From NCBI GenBank assembly GCA_964016885.1, contig OZ024764.1, positions 24,986,001 through 25,050,000 of the forward strand: 64,000 bases of DNA, in the 5' to 3' direction. Under the pieces are notes generated by a model that saw only the letters and a program-made list of their open reading frames with translations, was not told the DNA's origin and made no database searches. Every line of letters begins with the position of its first letter. Position 1 is the first letter of the stretch. Shown here piece after piece: positions 1 through 18,000 of this stretch. A program made the position numbers and the translations under genes. The stretch is from Eledone cirrhosa. Taxonomy: Eukaryota.

Positions 1-3000
1 CTATCACCTCTGTGGTACAGTTACTACACCGTTATATAGATATATCTATCACCACTGTGGTACATTTACTACACTGCTATATAGACATATCTATCACCAC
101 TGTGGTACACTTACTACACTGTTATATAGACATGTCTATCACCACTGTGGTACACTTACTACACTGTTATCTAGATATGTCTATCCCCACTGTGGTACAC
201 TTACTACAATGTTATATAGAAATATCTATCAGCACTGTGGTACAATTACTACACTGTTATATAGACATGTCAATCACCACTGTGGTACACTTATTACACT
301 GTTATATAGAAATATCTATCACCACTGTGGTACACCTACTACACTGTAATATAGACATATGTATCACTGCTGTGGTACACTTACTACACTGTTATCTAGA
401 CATATATATCACCACTGGTTCACTTACTACACTGTTATATAGACATATATATCACCACTGTGGTACACTTACCTCACTGTTATATAGACATATCTATCAC
501 CACTGTGGTACACTTACTACACAGTTATATAGACATGTCTATCACCACTATGGTATACTTACTACACTGTTATATAGTAATATCTATTACCACTCTGGTA
601 AACTTACTACACTGTTATATAGACATCTATCACCACCGTGGTACACTTACTACACTGTTATATAGTCATATCTATTACCACTCTGGTACACTTACTACAC
701 TGTTATATAGACAAATCTATCACCGTTATGGTACGCTTACTACACTGTTATATAGAAATATCTATCACCATTATGGTACACTTACTACACTGTTATATAG
801 ACATGTCTATCATTACTGTGGTACACATGCTACACTGTTATCTAGACATGACTATCACCACTGTGGTACACTTACTACACTTTTCTATAGATATCACCAC
901 TCTGGTACACTTACTACACTGTTATATAGTCATATCTATTACCATTGTGGTACACTTACTACACTGTTATATAGATATATCTATCACCACTGTGGTACAC
1001 TTATTACACTGTTATATAGTCATATCTATTACCACTGTGGTACAATTACTACACTGTTATATAGACATGTCTATCACCACTGTGGTACACTTACTACACT
1101 GTTATATAGACATATCTATCACCACCGTGGTACACTTACTACACTGTTATATAGACATATCTATCACCACTGTGGTATACTTACTACACTGTTATATAGA
1201 CATGTCTATCACCACTGTGCTACACTTACTACACTGTAATATAGACATATCTATCACTGCTGTGGTACACTTACTACACTGTTCTCTAGACATATATATC
1301 ACCACTGGTACACTTACTACACTGTTATATAGATATATCTATCACCACTGTGGTACACTTACTACACTGTTATATAGACATATCTATCACCACTGTGGTA
1401 CACTTACTACTCTGTTATATAGACATATATATCACCGCTGTGGTACACTTACTACACTGTTATATAGATATCACCACTGTGGTACACTTACTACACTGTT
1501 ATATAGACATCTATCACCACTGTGGTACACCTACTACACTGTTACATAGAAATACCTATCACCACTGTGGTACACTTGCTACACTGTTATCTAGACATGT
1601 CTATCACTGCTGTTGTACACTTACTACACTTTTATATAGATATCACCACTCTGGTACACTTACTATACTGTTATATAGACATCTATCACCACTGTGGTAC
1701 ACTTACTACATTGTTATATAGTCATATCTATTACCACTGTGGTACACTTACTACACTGTTATATAGACATATCTATCACCACTGTGGTACACTTACTCCA
1801 CTGTAATATAGACATATCTATCACTGCTGTGGTACACTTACTACACTGTTATCTAGACATATATATCACCACTGGTACACTTACTACACTGTTATATACA
1901 CATATATATCACAACTGTGGTACACTTAATAAACTGCTACATAGACATGTCTATCACCACTGTGGTACACTTAATACACTGCTATATAGACATGTCTATC
2001 ACCACTGTAGTACACTTGCTACACTGTTATCTAGACATGTCTATCACTGCTGTTGTACAATTACTACACTTTTATATAGATATCACCACTCTGGTACACT
2101 TACTACACTGTTATATAGACATCTATCACCACTGTGGTTCACTTACTACATTGGTACATAGACTTATATATCACCACTCTGGTACACTTACTACACTGTT
2201 ATATAGTCATATCTATTACCACTGTGGTACAATTACTACACTGTTATATAGACATGTCTATCACCACTGTGGTACACTTACTACACTGTTATATAGACAT
2301 ATCTATCACCACTGTGGTACACTTACTACACTGTTATATAGACATATCTATCACCACTGTGGTATATTTACTACACTGTTATATAGACATGTCTATCACC
2401 ACTGTGTTACACTTACTACACTGTAATATAGACATATCTATCACTGCTGTGGTACACTTACTACACTGTTCTCTAGATATATATATCACCACTGGTACAC
2501 TTACTACACTGTTATATAGATATATCTATCACCACTGTGGTACACTTACTACACTGTTATATAGACATATCTATCACCACTGTGGTACACTTACTACTCT
2601 GTTATATAGACATATATATCACCACTGTGGTACACTTACTACACTGTTATATAGATATCACCACTCTGGTACACTTACTACACTGTTATATAGACATCTA
2701 TCACCACTGTGGTACACCTACTACACTGTTACATAAAAATGTCTATCACCACTGTGGTACACTTACTACACTGTTATATAGACATGGCTATCATCACTGT
2801 GGTACACTTGCTACACTGTTATCTAGACATGTCTATCACCACTGTAGTACACTTACTACACTTTTATATAGGAATCACCACTCTGGTACACTTACTACAC
2901 TGTTATATAGATATCACCACTCTGGTACACTTACTACACTTTTATATAGACATATCTATCATCACTGTGGTACACTTACTACACTGTTATATAGACATGT

Positions 3001-6000
3001 CTATCACCACTGTGGTACACTTACTACACTGTTATATAGACATATCTATCACCACTGTGGTACACTTACCACACTGTCATATAGTCATATCTATTACCAC
3101 TGTGGTACACGTACTACACTTTTATATAGACATGGCTATCATCACTGTGGTACACTTACTACACTGTTATCTAGACATGTCTATCACCACTGTGGTACAC
3201 TTACTACACTGTTATATAGACATCTATCACCACTGTGGTACACTTACTACACTGTTACATAGATATATCTATCACCACTGTGGTACACTTACTACACTGT
3301 TATATAGACATGTCTATCACCACCGTGGTACATTTACTACACTGTAATATGGACATATCTATCACCACTGTGGTACACTTACTACACTGTTATATAGTCA
3401 TATCGTTTACCACTGTGGTACACTTACCACACTGTTATATAGTCATATCTATCACCACTGTGGTACACTTACTACACTGTTATATAGACATATCTATCAC
3501 CATTGTGGTACACTTACTACACTGTTATATAGACATGTCTATCACCACTGTGGTACACTTACTACACTGTCATATAGACAAATCTATCACTGCTGTGGTA
3601 CACTTACTACACTGTTATATAGACATATCTATCCCCACTGTGGTACAATTACTACACAGTTATCAAGACATATATATCACCACTGGTACACTTACTACAC
3701 TATTATATAGACATATACATCACAACTGTGGTACACTTAATACACTGCTATATAGACATGTCTATCACCACTGTGGTACACTTGCTACACTGTTATCTAG
3801 ACATGTCTATCACTGCTGTTGTACACTTACTACACTTTTATATAGATATCACCACTCTGGTACACTTACTATACTGTTATATAGACATCTATCACCACTG
3901 TGGTACACTTACTACATTGTTATATAGTCATATCTATTACCACTGTGGTACACTTACTACACTGTTATATAGACATATCTAATACCACTGTGGTACACTT
4001 ACTACACTGTTATATAGACATATCTATCACCACTGTGGTACACTTACCACACTGTTATATAGTCATATCTATCACAATTGTGGTAAACTTACTACACTGT
4101 TATATAGATATATCTATCACCACTGTGGTACACTTACTACACTGTTATATAGACATATCTATCACCACTGTGGTACAGTTACTACACTGTTATATAGACA
4201 TGTCTATCACCACTGTGGTACACTTACTCCACTGTAATATAGACATATCTATCACTGCTGTGGTACACTTACTACACTGTTATCTAGACATATATATCAC
4301 CACTGGTACACTTACTACACTGTTATATACACATATATATCACAACTGTGGTACACTTAATACACTGCTATATAGACATGTCTATCACCACTGTGGTACA
4401 CTTAATACACTGCTATATAGACATGTCTATCACCACTGTAGTACACTTGCTACACTGTTATCTAGACATGTCTATCACTGCTGTTGTACAATTACTACAC
4501 TTTTATATAGATATCACCACTCTGGTACACTTACTACACTGTTATATAGACATCTATCACCACTGTGGTTCACTTACTACATTGGTACATAGACTTATCT
4601 ATCACCACTCTGGTACACTTACTACACTGTTATATAGTCATATCTATTACCACTGTGGTACACTTACTACACTGTTATATAGACATATCTATTACCACTG
4701 TGGTACACTTACTTCACTGTTATATAGACATATCTATCACCACTGTGGTACACTTACTACACTGTTATATAGAAATATCTATCACCACTGTGGTACACTT
4801 GCTACACTGTTATCTAAACATGTCTATCACCACTGTGGTACACTTACTACACTTTTATATAGATATCACTACTATGGTACACTTACTACACTGTCATATA
4901 GACATCTATCACCACTGTTGTACACTTACTACACTGTTATATAGAAATATCTATCACCACTGTGGTACAATTGCTACACTGTTATATAGAAATATCTATC
5001 ACCACTGTGGTACACTTACTACACTGTTATATAGACATGGCTATCATCACTGTGGTACACTTGCTACACTGTTATCTAGACATGTATATCACCACTGTGG
5101 TACACTTACTACACATTTATATAGATATCACCACTCTGGTACACTTACTACACTGTTATATAGATATCACCACTCTGGTAGACTTACTACACTGTAATAT
5201 GGACATATCTGTCACCACTGTGGTACACTTACTACACTGTTATATAGTCATATCTTTTACCACTGAGGTACAATTACTACACTGTTATATAGACATGTCT
5301 ATCACCACTGTGGTACACTTACTACACTGTTATATAGACATATCTATCACCACTGTGGTACACTTGCTACACTGTTATATAGATATATCTATCACCACTG
5401 TGGTACACTTACTACACTGTTATATATACATATCTATCACCACTGTGGTACACTTACCACACTGTTATATAGTCATATCTATCACCACTGTGGTACACTT
5501 ACTACACTGTTATATAGACATATCTATCACCATTGTGGTACACTTACTACACTGTTATATAGACATGTCTATCACAACTGTGGTAAACTTACTACACTGT
5601 AATATAGACATATCTATCACTGCGGTGGTACACTTACTACACTGTTATCTAGACATATATATCACCACTGGTACAGTTACTACACTGTTATATAGACATA
5701 TATATCACAACTGTGGTACACTTAATACACTGCTATATAGGCATGTCTATCAACACTGTGGTACACTTGCTACACTGTTATCTAGACATGTCTATCACTG
5801 CTGTTGTACACTTACTACACTTTTATATAAATATCACCACTCTGGTACACTTACTATACTGTTATATAGACATGTCTATCACCACCGTGGTACACTTACT
5901 ACATTGTTATATAGTCATATCTATTACCACTGTGGTACACTTACTACACTGTTATATAGACATATCTATTACCACTGTGGTACACTTACTACACTGTTAT

Positions 6001-9000
6001 ATAGACATATCTATCACCACCGTGGTACACTTACTACACTGTTATAAAGATATATCTATCACCACTGTAGTACACTTACTACACTGTTATATAGACATAT
6101 CTATTACCACTGTGGTACACTTACTACACTGTTATATAGATATATCTATCACCACTGTGGTACACTTACTACACTGTTATACTGACATATCTATCACCAC
6201 TGTGGTACAATTACTGCCCTGTTATCTAGACATGTCTATCACCACTGGTACACTTACTACACTGTTATATAGACATATATATCACTGCTGTGGTACACTT
6301 ACTACACTGTTATCTAGACATATATATCGCCACTGGTACACTTACTACACTGTTATATAGACATATATATCACAACTGTGGTACACTTAATACACTGCTA
6401 TATAGGCATGTCTATCAACACTGTGGTACACTTGCTACACTGTTATCTAGACATGTCTATCACTGCTTTTGTACACTTACTACACTTTTATATAGATATC
6501 ACCACTCTGGTGCACTTACTATACTGTTATATAGACATGTCTATCACCACTGTGGTACACTTACTACATTGTTATATAGTCATATCTATTACCACTGTGG
6601 TACACTTACTACACTGTTATATAGACATATCTATTACCACTGTGGTACACTTACTACACTGTTATATAGACATATCTATCACCACTGTGGTACACTTACT
6701 ACACAGTTATATAGAAATATCTATCACCACTGTGGTACACTTACTACACTGTTATCTAGACATGTCTGTCACCACTGTGGTACACTTACTACACTTTTAT
6801 ATAGATGTCACCACTCTGGTACACTTACTACACTGTTATATAGACATATATATCACCACTGTGGTACACTTAATACACTGTTATATAGACATATATATCA
6901 CCAATGTGGTACACTTACTACACTGTTATATAGACATGTCTATCACCACTGTGGTACACTTACTACACTGTTATATAGTCATATCTATCACCACTGTGGT
7001 ACACTTACTACACTGTTATATAGTCATATCTTTTACCACTGAGGTACAATTACTACACTGTTATATAGACATATCTATTACCACTGTGGTACACTTACTA
7101 CACTGTTATATAGACATATCTATCACCACTGTGGTACACTTACCACACTGTTATATAGTCATATCTATCACAATTGTGGTAAACTTACTACACTGTTATA
7201 TAGATATATCTATCACCACTGTGGTACACTTACTACACTGTTATATAGACATATCTATCACCACTGTGGTACAGTTACTACACTGTTATATAGACATGTC
7301 TATCACCACTGTGGTACACTTACTCCACTGTAATATAGACATATCTATCACTGCTGTGGTACACTTACTACACTGTTATCTAGACATATATATCACCACT
7401 GGTACACTTACTACACTGTTATATACACATATATATCACAACTGTGGTACACTTAATACACTGCTATATAGACATGTCTATCACCACTGTGGTACACTTA
7501 ATACACTGCTATATAGACATGTCTATCACCACTGTAGTACACTTGCTACACTGTTATCTAGACATGTCTATCACTGCTGTTGTACAATTACTACACTTTT
7601 ATATAGATATCACCACTCTGGTACACTTACTACACTGTTATATAGACATCTATCACCACTGTGGTTCACTTACTACATTGGTACATAGACTTATCTATCA
7701 CCACTCTGGTACACTTACTACACTGTTATATAGTCATATCTATTACCACTGTGGTACACTTACTACACTGTTATATAGACATATCTATTACCACTGTGGT
7801 ACACTTACTTCACTGTTATATAGACATATCTATCACCACTGTGGTACACTTACTACACTGTTATATAGAAATATCTATCACCACTGTGGTACACTTGCTA
7901 CACTGTTATCTAAACATGTCTATCACCACTGTGGTACACTTACTACACTTTTATATAGATATCACTACTATGGTACACTTACTACACTGTCATATAGACA
8001 TCTATCACCACTGTTGTACACTTACTACACTGTTATATAGAAATATCTATCACCACTGTGGTACAATTGCTACACTGTTATATAGAAATATCTATCACCA
8101 CTGTGGTACACTTACTACACTGTTATATAGACATGGCTATCATCACTGTGGTACACTTGCTACACTGTTATCTAGACATGTATATCACCACTGTGGTACA
8201 CTTACTACACTTTTATATAGATATCACCACTCTGGTACACTTACTACACTGTTATATAGATATCACCACTCTGGTAGACTTACTACACTGTAATCTACAC
8301 TGTTATATAGTCATATCTTTTACCACTGAGGTACAATTACTACACTGTTATATAGACATGTCTATCACCACTGTGGTACACTTACTACACTGTTATATAG
8401 ACATATCTATCACCACTGTGGTACACTTGCTACACTGTTATATAGATATATCTATCACCACTGTGGTACACTTACTACACTGTTATATATACATATCTAT
8501 CACCACTGTGGTACACTTACCACACTGTTATATAGTCATATCTATCACCACTGTGGTACACTTACTACACTGTTATATAGACATATCTATCACCATTGTG
8601 GTACACTTACTACACTGTTATATAGACATGTCTATCACAACTGTGGTAAACTTACTACACTGTAATATAGACATATCTATCACTGCGGTGGTACACTTAC
8701 TACACTGTTATCTAGACATATATATCACCACTGGTACAGTTACTACACTGTTATATATACATATATATCACAACTGTGGTACACTTAATACACTGCTATA
8801 TAGGCATGTCTATCAACACTGTGGTACACTTGCTACACTGTTATCTAGACATGTCTATCACTGCTGTTGTACACTTACTACACTTTTATATAAATATCAC
8901 CACTCTGGTACACTTACTATACTGTTATATAGACATGTCTATCACCACCGTGGTACACTTACTACATTGTTATATAGTCATATCTATTACCACTGTGGTA

Positions 9001-12000
9001 CACTTACTACACTGTTATATAGACATATCTATTACCACTGTGGTACACTTACTACACTGTTATATAGACATATCTATCACCACCGTGGTACACTTACTAC
9101 ACTGTTATAAAGTTATATCTATCACCACTGTAGTACACTTACTACACTGTTATATAGACATATCTATTATCACTGTGGTACACTTACTACACTGTTATAT
9201 AGATATATCTATCACCACTGTGGTACACTTACTACACTGTTATACTGACATATCTATCACCACTGTGGTACAATTACTGCCCTGTTATCTAGACATGTCT
9301 ATCACCACTGGTACACTTACTACACTGTTATATAGACATATATATCACTGCTGTGGTACACTTACTACACTGTTATCTAGACATATATATCACCACTGGT
9401 ACACTTACTACACTGTTATATAGACATATATATCACAACTGTGGTACACTTAATACACTGCTATATAGGCATGTCTATCAACACTGTGGTACACTTGCTA
9501 CACTGTTATCTAGACATGTCTATCACTGCTTTTGTACACTTACTACACTTTTATATAGATATCACCACTCTGGTGCACTTACTATACTGTTATATAGACA
9601 TGTCTATCACCACTGTGGTACACTTACTACATTGTTATATAGTCATATCTATTACCACTGTGGTACACTTACTACACTGTTATATAGACATATCTATTAC
9701 CACTGTGGTACACTTACTACACTGTTATATAGACATATCTATCACCACTGTGGTACACTTACTACACAGTTATATAGAAATATCTATCACCACTGTGGTA
9801 CACTTACTACACTGTTATCTAGACATGTCTGTCACCACTGTGGTACACTTACTACACTTTTATATAGATGTCACCACTCTGGTACACTTACTACACTGTT
9901 ATATAGACATATATATCACCACTGTGGTACACTTAATACACTGTTATATAGACATATATATCACCAATGTGGTACACTTACTACACTGTTATATAGACAT
10001 GTCTATCACCACTGTGGTACACTTACTACACTGTTATATAGTCATATCTATCACCACTGTGGTACACTTACTACACTGTTATATAGTCATATCTTTTACC
10101 ACTGAGGTACAATTACTACACTGTTATATAGACAAGTCTATCACCACTGTGGTACACTTACTACACTGTTATATAGACATATCTATCACCACTGTGGTAC
10201 ACTTACTACACTGTTATATAGACATATATATCACCACTGTGGTACACTTAATACACTGTTATATAGACATATATATCACCAATGTGGTACACTTACTACA
10301 CTGTTATATAGACATGTCTATCACCACTGTGGTACACTTACTACACTGTTATATAGTCATATCTTTTACCACTGAGGTACAATTACTACACTGTTATATA
10401 GACATGTCTATCACCACTGTGGTACACTTACTACACTGTTATATAGACATATCTATCACCACTGTGGTACACTTACTACACTGTTATATAGATATATCTA
10501 TCACCACTGTGGTACACTTACTACACTGTTATATAGACATATCTATCACCACTCTGGTACACTTACCACACTGTTATATAGTCATATCTATCACCACTGT
10601 GGTACACTTACTACACTGTTATATAGACATATCTATCACCATTGTGGTACACTTACTACACTGTTATATAGACATGTCTATCACCACTGTGGTACACTTA
10701 CTACACTGTAATATAGACATATCTATCACTGCTGTGGTACACTTACTACACTGTTATCTAGACATATATATCACCACTGGTACACTTACTACACTGTTAT
10801 ATAGACATATATATCACAACTGTGGTACACTTAATACACTGCTATATAGGCATGTCTATCACCACTGTGGTACACTTGCTACACTGTTATCTAGACATGT
10901 CTATCACTGCTTTTGTACACTTACTACACTTTTATATAGATATCACCACTCTGGTACACTTACTATACTGTTATATAGACGTGTCTATCACCACTGTGGT
11001 ACACTTACTACATTGTTATATAGTCATATCTATTACCACTGTGGTACACTTACTACACTGTTATATAGACATATCTATTACCACTGTGGTACACTTACTA
11101 CACTGTTATATAGACATATCTATCACCACTGTGGTACACTTACTACACAGTTATATAGAAATATCTATCACCACTGTGGTACACTTACTACACTGTTATC
11201 TAGACATGTCTGTCACCACTGTGGTACACTTACTACACTTTTATATAGATATCACCACTCTGGTACACTTACTACACTGTTATATAGATATCACCACTCT
11301 GGTACACTTATTACACTGTTTTATAGACATCTATCACCACTGTGGTACACTTACTACACTGTTATATAGACATATATATCACCACTGTGGTACACTTACT
11401 ACACTGTTATATAGATATATCTATCACCACTGTGGTACACATACTACACTGTTATATAGACATATCTATTACCACTGTGGTACACTTACTACACTGTTAT
11501 ATAGATATATCTATCACCACTGTGGTATACTTACTACACTGTTATACTGACATATCTATCACCACTGTGGTACAATTACTGCCCTGTTATCTAGACATGT
11601 CTATCACCACTGGTACACTTACTACACTGTTATATAGACATATATATCACCACTGTGGTACACTTACTACACTGTTATATAGACATGTCTATCACCACTG
11701 TGGTACACTTGCTACAATGTTATATAGACATATCTATCACCACTGTTGTACACTTACTACACTGTTATATAGACACATCTATCACCACTGTGGTACACTT
11801 ACTACACTGTTATATAGTCATATCTATCACCACTGTGTACACTTACTACACTGTTATATAGACATGTCTATCACCACTGTGGTACACTTGCTACAATGTT
11901 ATATAGACATATCTATCACCACTGTGGTACACTTACTACACTGTTATATAGTCATATCTATCACCACTGTGGTACACTTACTACACTGTTATATAGACAT

Positions 12001-15000
12001 GTCTATCACCACTGTGGTACACTTACTACACTGTAATATAGACATATCTATCACTGCTGTGGTACACTTACTACACTCGTCTCTAGACATATATATCACC
12101 ACTGGTACACTTACTACACTGTTATATAGACACATCTATCACCACTGTGGTACACTTACTACACTGTTATATAGACATGTCTATCACCACTGTGGTACAC
12201 TTGCTACAATGTTATATAGACATATCTATCACAACTGTTGTACACTTACTACACTGTTATATAGACATGTCTAGCACCACTGTGGTACACTTACTACACT
12301 GTTATATAGACATGTCTATCACGACTGCGGTACACTTGCCACACTGTTATATAGACATATCTATCACCACTGTGGTACACTTACTACACTGTTATATAGA
12401 CATGTCTATCACCACTGTGGTACACTTGCTACACTGTTATATAGACATATCTATCCCCACTGTTGTACACTTACTACACTGTTATATAGAAATATCTATC
12501 ACCACTGTGGTACACTTACTACACTGTTATATAGTCATATCTATCACCACTGTGGTACTCTTACTACACTGTTATATAGAAATATCTATCACCCCTGTGG
12601 TACACTTACCACACTGTTATATAGTCATATCTATCACCACTGTGGTACTCTTACTACACTGTTATCTAGACGTATATATCACCACTGTGGTACACTTACT
12701 ACACTGTTATATAGACATGGCTATCATCACTGTGGTACACTTGCTACACTGTTATCTAGACATGACTATCACCACTGTGGTACACTTACTACACTTACTA
12801 CACTTTTATATAGATATCACCAATCTGGTCCACTTACTACACTGTTATATAGACATGTCTATCACCACTGTGGTACACTTGCTACACTGTTATATAGACA
12901 TATCTATCACCACTGTGGTACACTTACTACACTGTTATATAGACATATCTATTACCACTGTGGTACACTTACTACACTCTTACATAGACATATCTATCAC
13001 CACTGTGGTAGATTTACTACACTGTTATAAAGACATGTCCATCACCACCGTGGTACACTTACTACACTGATATATAGACATATCTGTCACCACTGTTGTG
13101 CATTTACTACACTGTTATATAGTCATATCTTTTACCACTGTGGTACACTTACTACACTGTTATATAGACATGTCTATCACCACTGTGGTACACTTAAAAC
13201 ACTGTTATATAGACATATCTATCACCACTGTGGTACACATACCACACTGTTATATAGTCATATCTATCACCATTGTGGTAAACTTACTACACTGTTATAT
13301 AGATATATATCTCACCACTGTGGTACATTTACTACACTGTTATATAGACATGTCTAACCCCACTGTGGTACATTTACTACACTGTAATATAGACATATCT
13401 ATCACTTCTGTGGTACACTTACTACACTGTTATATAGACATCTATCACCACTGTGGTACACTTACTACACTGTTATATAGAAATATCTATCACCACTGTG
13501 GTACACTTACTACACTGTTATATAGACATGGCTATCATCACTGTGGTACATTTACTACACAGTTATCTAGACATATATATCACCACTGGTACACTTACTA
13601 CACTGTTATATAGACATATATATCACAACTGTGGTACACTTAATACACTGCTCTATAGACATGTCTATCACCACTGTGGTACACTTGCTACACTGATATC
13701 TAGACATGTCTATCACTGCTGTTGTACACTTACTACACTTTTATATAGATATCACCACTCTGGTACACTTACTACACTGTTATATAGACATCTATGACCA
13801 CTGTGGTACACTTACTACATTGGTACATAGACATATCTATCACCACTGTGGTACACTTACTACACTGTTATATAGACATCTATCACCACTGTGGTAAACT
13901 TACTACACTGTTATATAGACATCTATCACCACTGTGTTAAACTTACTACACTGTTATATAGACATGTCTATCACCACTGTGGTACACTTACTACACTGTT
14001 ATATAGTCACATCTATTACCACTGTGGTACCCTTACTACACTGTTATATAGATATATCTATCACCCCTGTGGTACACTTACTATAGTTATATAGACATAT
14101 CTATTACCACTGTGGTACACTTACTTCACTGTTATATAGACATATCTATCACCACTGTGGTACACTTACCACACTGTTATATAGAGATATATATTACCAC
14201 TGTGGTACACTTACTACACTGTTATATAGACATATCTATCACCACTGTGGTACACTTACTACACAGTTATATAGAAATATCTATCACCACTGTGGTACAC
14301 TTACTAAACTGTTATCTAGACATGTCTGTCACCACTGTGGTACACTTACTACACTTTTATATATATATCACCACTCTGGTACACTTACTACACTGTTATA
14401 TAGACATATATATCACCACTGTGGTACACTTAATACACTGTTATATAGACATATATATCACCAATGTGGTACACTTACTACACTGTTATATAGACATGTC
14501 TATCACCACTGTGGTACACTTACTACACTGTTATATAGACATGTCTATCACCACTGTGGTACACTTACTACACTGTTATATAGTCATATCTTTTACCACT
14601 GAGGTACAATTACTACACTGTTATATAGACATGTCTATCACCACTGTGGTACACTTACTACACTGTTATATAGACATATCTATCACCACTGTGGTACACT
14701 TACTACACTGTTATATAGATATATCTATCACCACTGTGGTACACTTACTACACTGTTATATAGACATATCTATCACCACTCTGGTACACTTACCACACTG
14801 TTATATAGTCATATCTATCACCACTGTGGTACACTTACTACACTGTTATATAGACATATCTATCACCATTGTGGTACACTTACTACACTGTTATATAGAC
14901 ATGTCTATCACCACTGTGGTACACTTACTACACTGTAATATAGACATATCTATCACTGCTGTGGTACACTTACTACACTGTTATCTAGACATATATATCA

Positions 15001-18000
15001 CCACTGGTACACTTACTACACTGTTATATAGACATATATATCACAACTGTGGTACACTTAATACACTGCTATATAGGCATGTCTATCAACACTGTGGTAC
15101 ACTTGCTACACTGTTATCTAGACATGTCTATCACTGCTTTTGTACACTTACTACACTTTTATATAGATATCACCACTCTGGTACACTTACTATACTGTTA
15201 TATAGACGTGTCTATCACCACTGTGGTACACTTACTACATTGTCATATAGTCATATCTATTACCACTGTGGTACACTTACTACACTGTTATATAGACATA
15301 TCTATTACCACTGTGGTACACTTACTACACTGTTATATAGACATATCTATCACCACTGTGGTACACTTACTACACAGTTATATAGAAATATCTATCACCA
15401 CTGTGGTACACTTACTACACTGTTATCTAGACATGTCTGTCACCACTGTGGTACACTTACTACACTGTTATATAGATATCAACACTCTGGTACACTTACT
15501 CCACTGTAATATGGACATATCTGTCACCACTGTGGTACACTTACTACACTGTTATATAGATATCACCACTCTGGTACACTTATTACACTGTTTTATAGAC
15601 ATCTATCACCACTGTGGTACACTTACTACACTGTTATATAGACATATATATCACCACTGTGGTACACTTACTACACTGTTATATAGATATATCTATCACC
15701 ACTGTGGTACACATACTACACTGTTATATAGACATATCTATTACCACTGTGGTACACTTACTACACTGTTATATAGATATATCTATCACCACTGTGGTAT
15801 ACTTACTACACTGTTATACTGACATATCTATCACCACTGTGGTACAATTACTGCCCTGTTATCTAGACATGTCTATCACCACTGGTACACTTACTACACT
15901 GTTATATAGACATATATATCACCACTGTGGTACACTTACTACACTGTTATATAGACATATATATCACCACTGTGGTACACTTACTACACTGTTATATAGA
16001 CATGTCTATCACCACTGTGGTACACTTATTACACTGTTATATAGTCATATCTATCACCACTGTGGTACACTTACTACACTGTTATATAGACATGTCTATC
16101 ACCACTGTGGTACACTTGCTACAATGTTATATAGACATATCTATCACCACTGTTGTACACTTACTACACTGTTATATAGACACATCTATCACCACTGTGG
16201 TACACTTACTACACTGTTATATAGTCATATCTATCACCACTGTGGTACACTTACTACACTGTTATATAGACATGTCTATCACCACTGTGGTACACTTGCT
16301 ACAATGTTATATAGACATATCTATCACCACTGTGGTACACTTACTACACTGTTATATAGTCATATCTATCACCACTGTGGTACACTTACTACACTGTTAT
16401 ATAGACATGTCTATCACCACTGTGGTACACTTACTACACTGTAATATAGACATATCTATCACTGCTGTGGTACACTTACTACACTCGTCTCTAGACATAT
16501 ATATCACCACTGGTACACTTACTACACTGTTATATAGACACATCTATCACCACTGTGGTACACTTACTACACTGTTATATAGACATGTCTATCACCACTG
16601 TGGTACACTTACTACGCTGTTATATAGACATGTCTATCACCACTGTGGTACACTTGCTACAATGTTATATAGACATATCTATCACAACTGTTGTACACTT
16701 ACTACACTGTTATATAGACATGTCTATCACCACTGTGGTACACTTGCTACAATGTTATATAGACATATCTATCACCACTGTGGTACACTTACTACACTGT
16801 TATATAGTCATATCTATCACCACTGTGGTACACTTACTACACTGTTATATAGACATGTCTATCACCACTGTGGTACACTTACTACACTGTAATATAGACA
16901 TATCTATCACTGCTGTGGTACACTTACTACACTCGTCTCTAGACATATATATCACCACTGGTACACTTACTACACTGTTATATAGACACATCTATCACCA
17001 CTGTGGTACACTTACTACACTGTTATATAGACATGTCTATCACCACTGTGGTACACTTGCTACAATGTTATATAGACATATCTATCACAACTGTTGTACA
17101 CTTACTACACTGTTATATAGACATGTCTAGCACCACTGTGGTACACTTACTACACTGTTATATAGACATGTCTATCACGACTGTGGTACACTTGCCACAC
17201 TGTTATATAGACATATCTATCACCACTGTGGTACACTTACTACACTGTTATATAGACATGTCTATCACCACTGTGGTACACTTGCTACACTGTTATATAG
17301 ACATATCTATCCCCACTGTTGTACACTTACTACACTGTTATATAGAAATATCTATCACCACTGTGGTACACTTACTACACTGTTATATAGTCATATCTAT
17401 CACCACTGTGGTACTCTTACTACACTGTTATATAGAAATATCTATCACCCCTGTGGTACACTTACCACACTGTTATATAGTCATATCTATCACCACTGTG
17501 GTACTCTTACTACACTGTTATCTAGACGTATATATCACCACTGTGGTACACTTACTACACTGTTATATAGACATGACTATCATCACTGTGGTACACTGGC
17601 TACACTGTTATCTAGACATGTCTATCACCACTGTGGTACACTTACTACACTTACTACACTTTTATATAGATATCACCAATCTGCTCCACTTACTACACTG
17701 TTATATAGACATGTCTATCACCACTGTGGTACACTTACTACACTGTTATATAGACATATCTATTACCACTGTGGTACACTTACTACACTCTTACATAGAC
17801 ATATCTATCACCACTGTGGTAGATTTACTACACTGTTATAAAGACATGTCCATCACCACCGTGGTACACTTACTACACTGATATATAGACATATCTGTCA
17901 CCACTGTTGTGCATTTACTACACTGTTATATAGTCATATCTTTTACCACTGTGGTACACTTACTACACTGTTATATAGACATGTCTATCACCACTGTGGT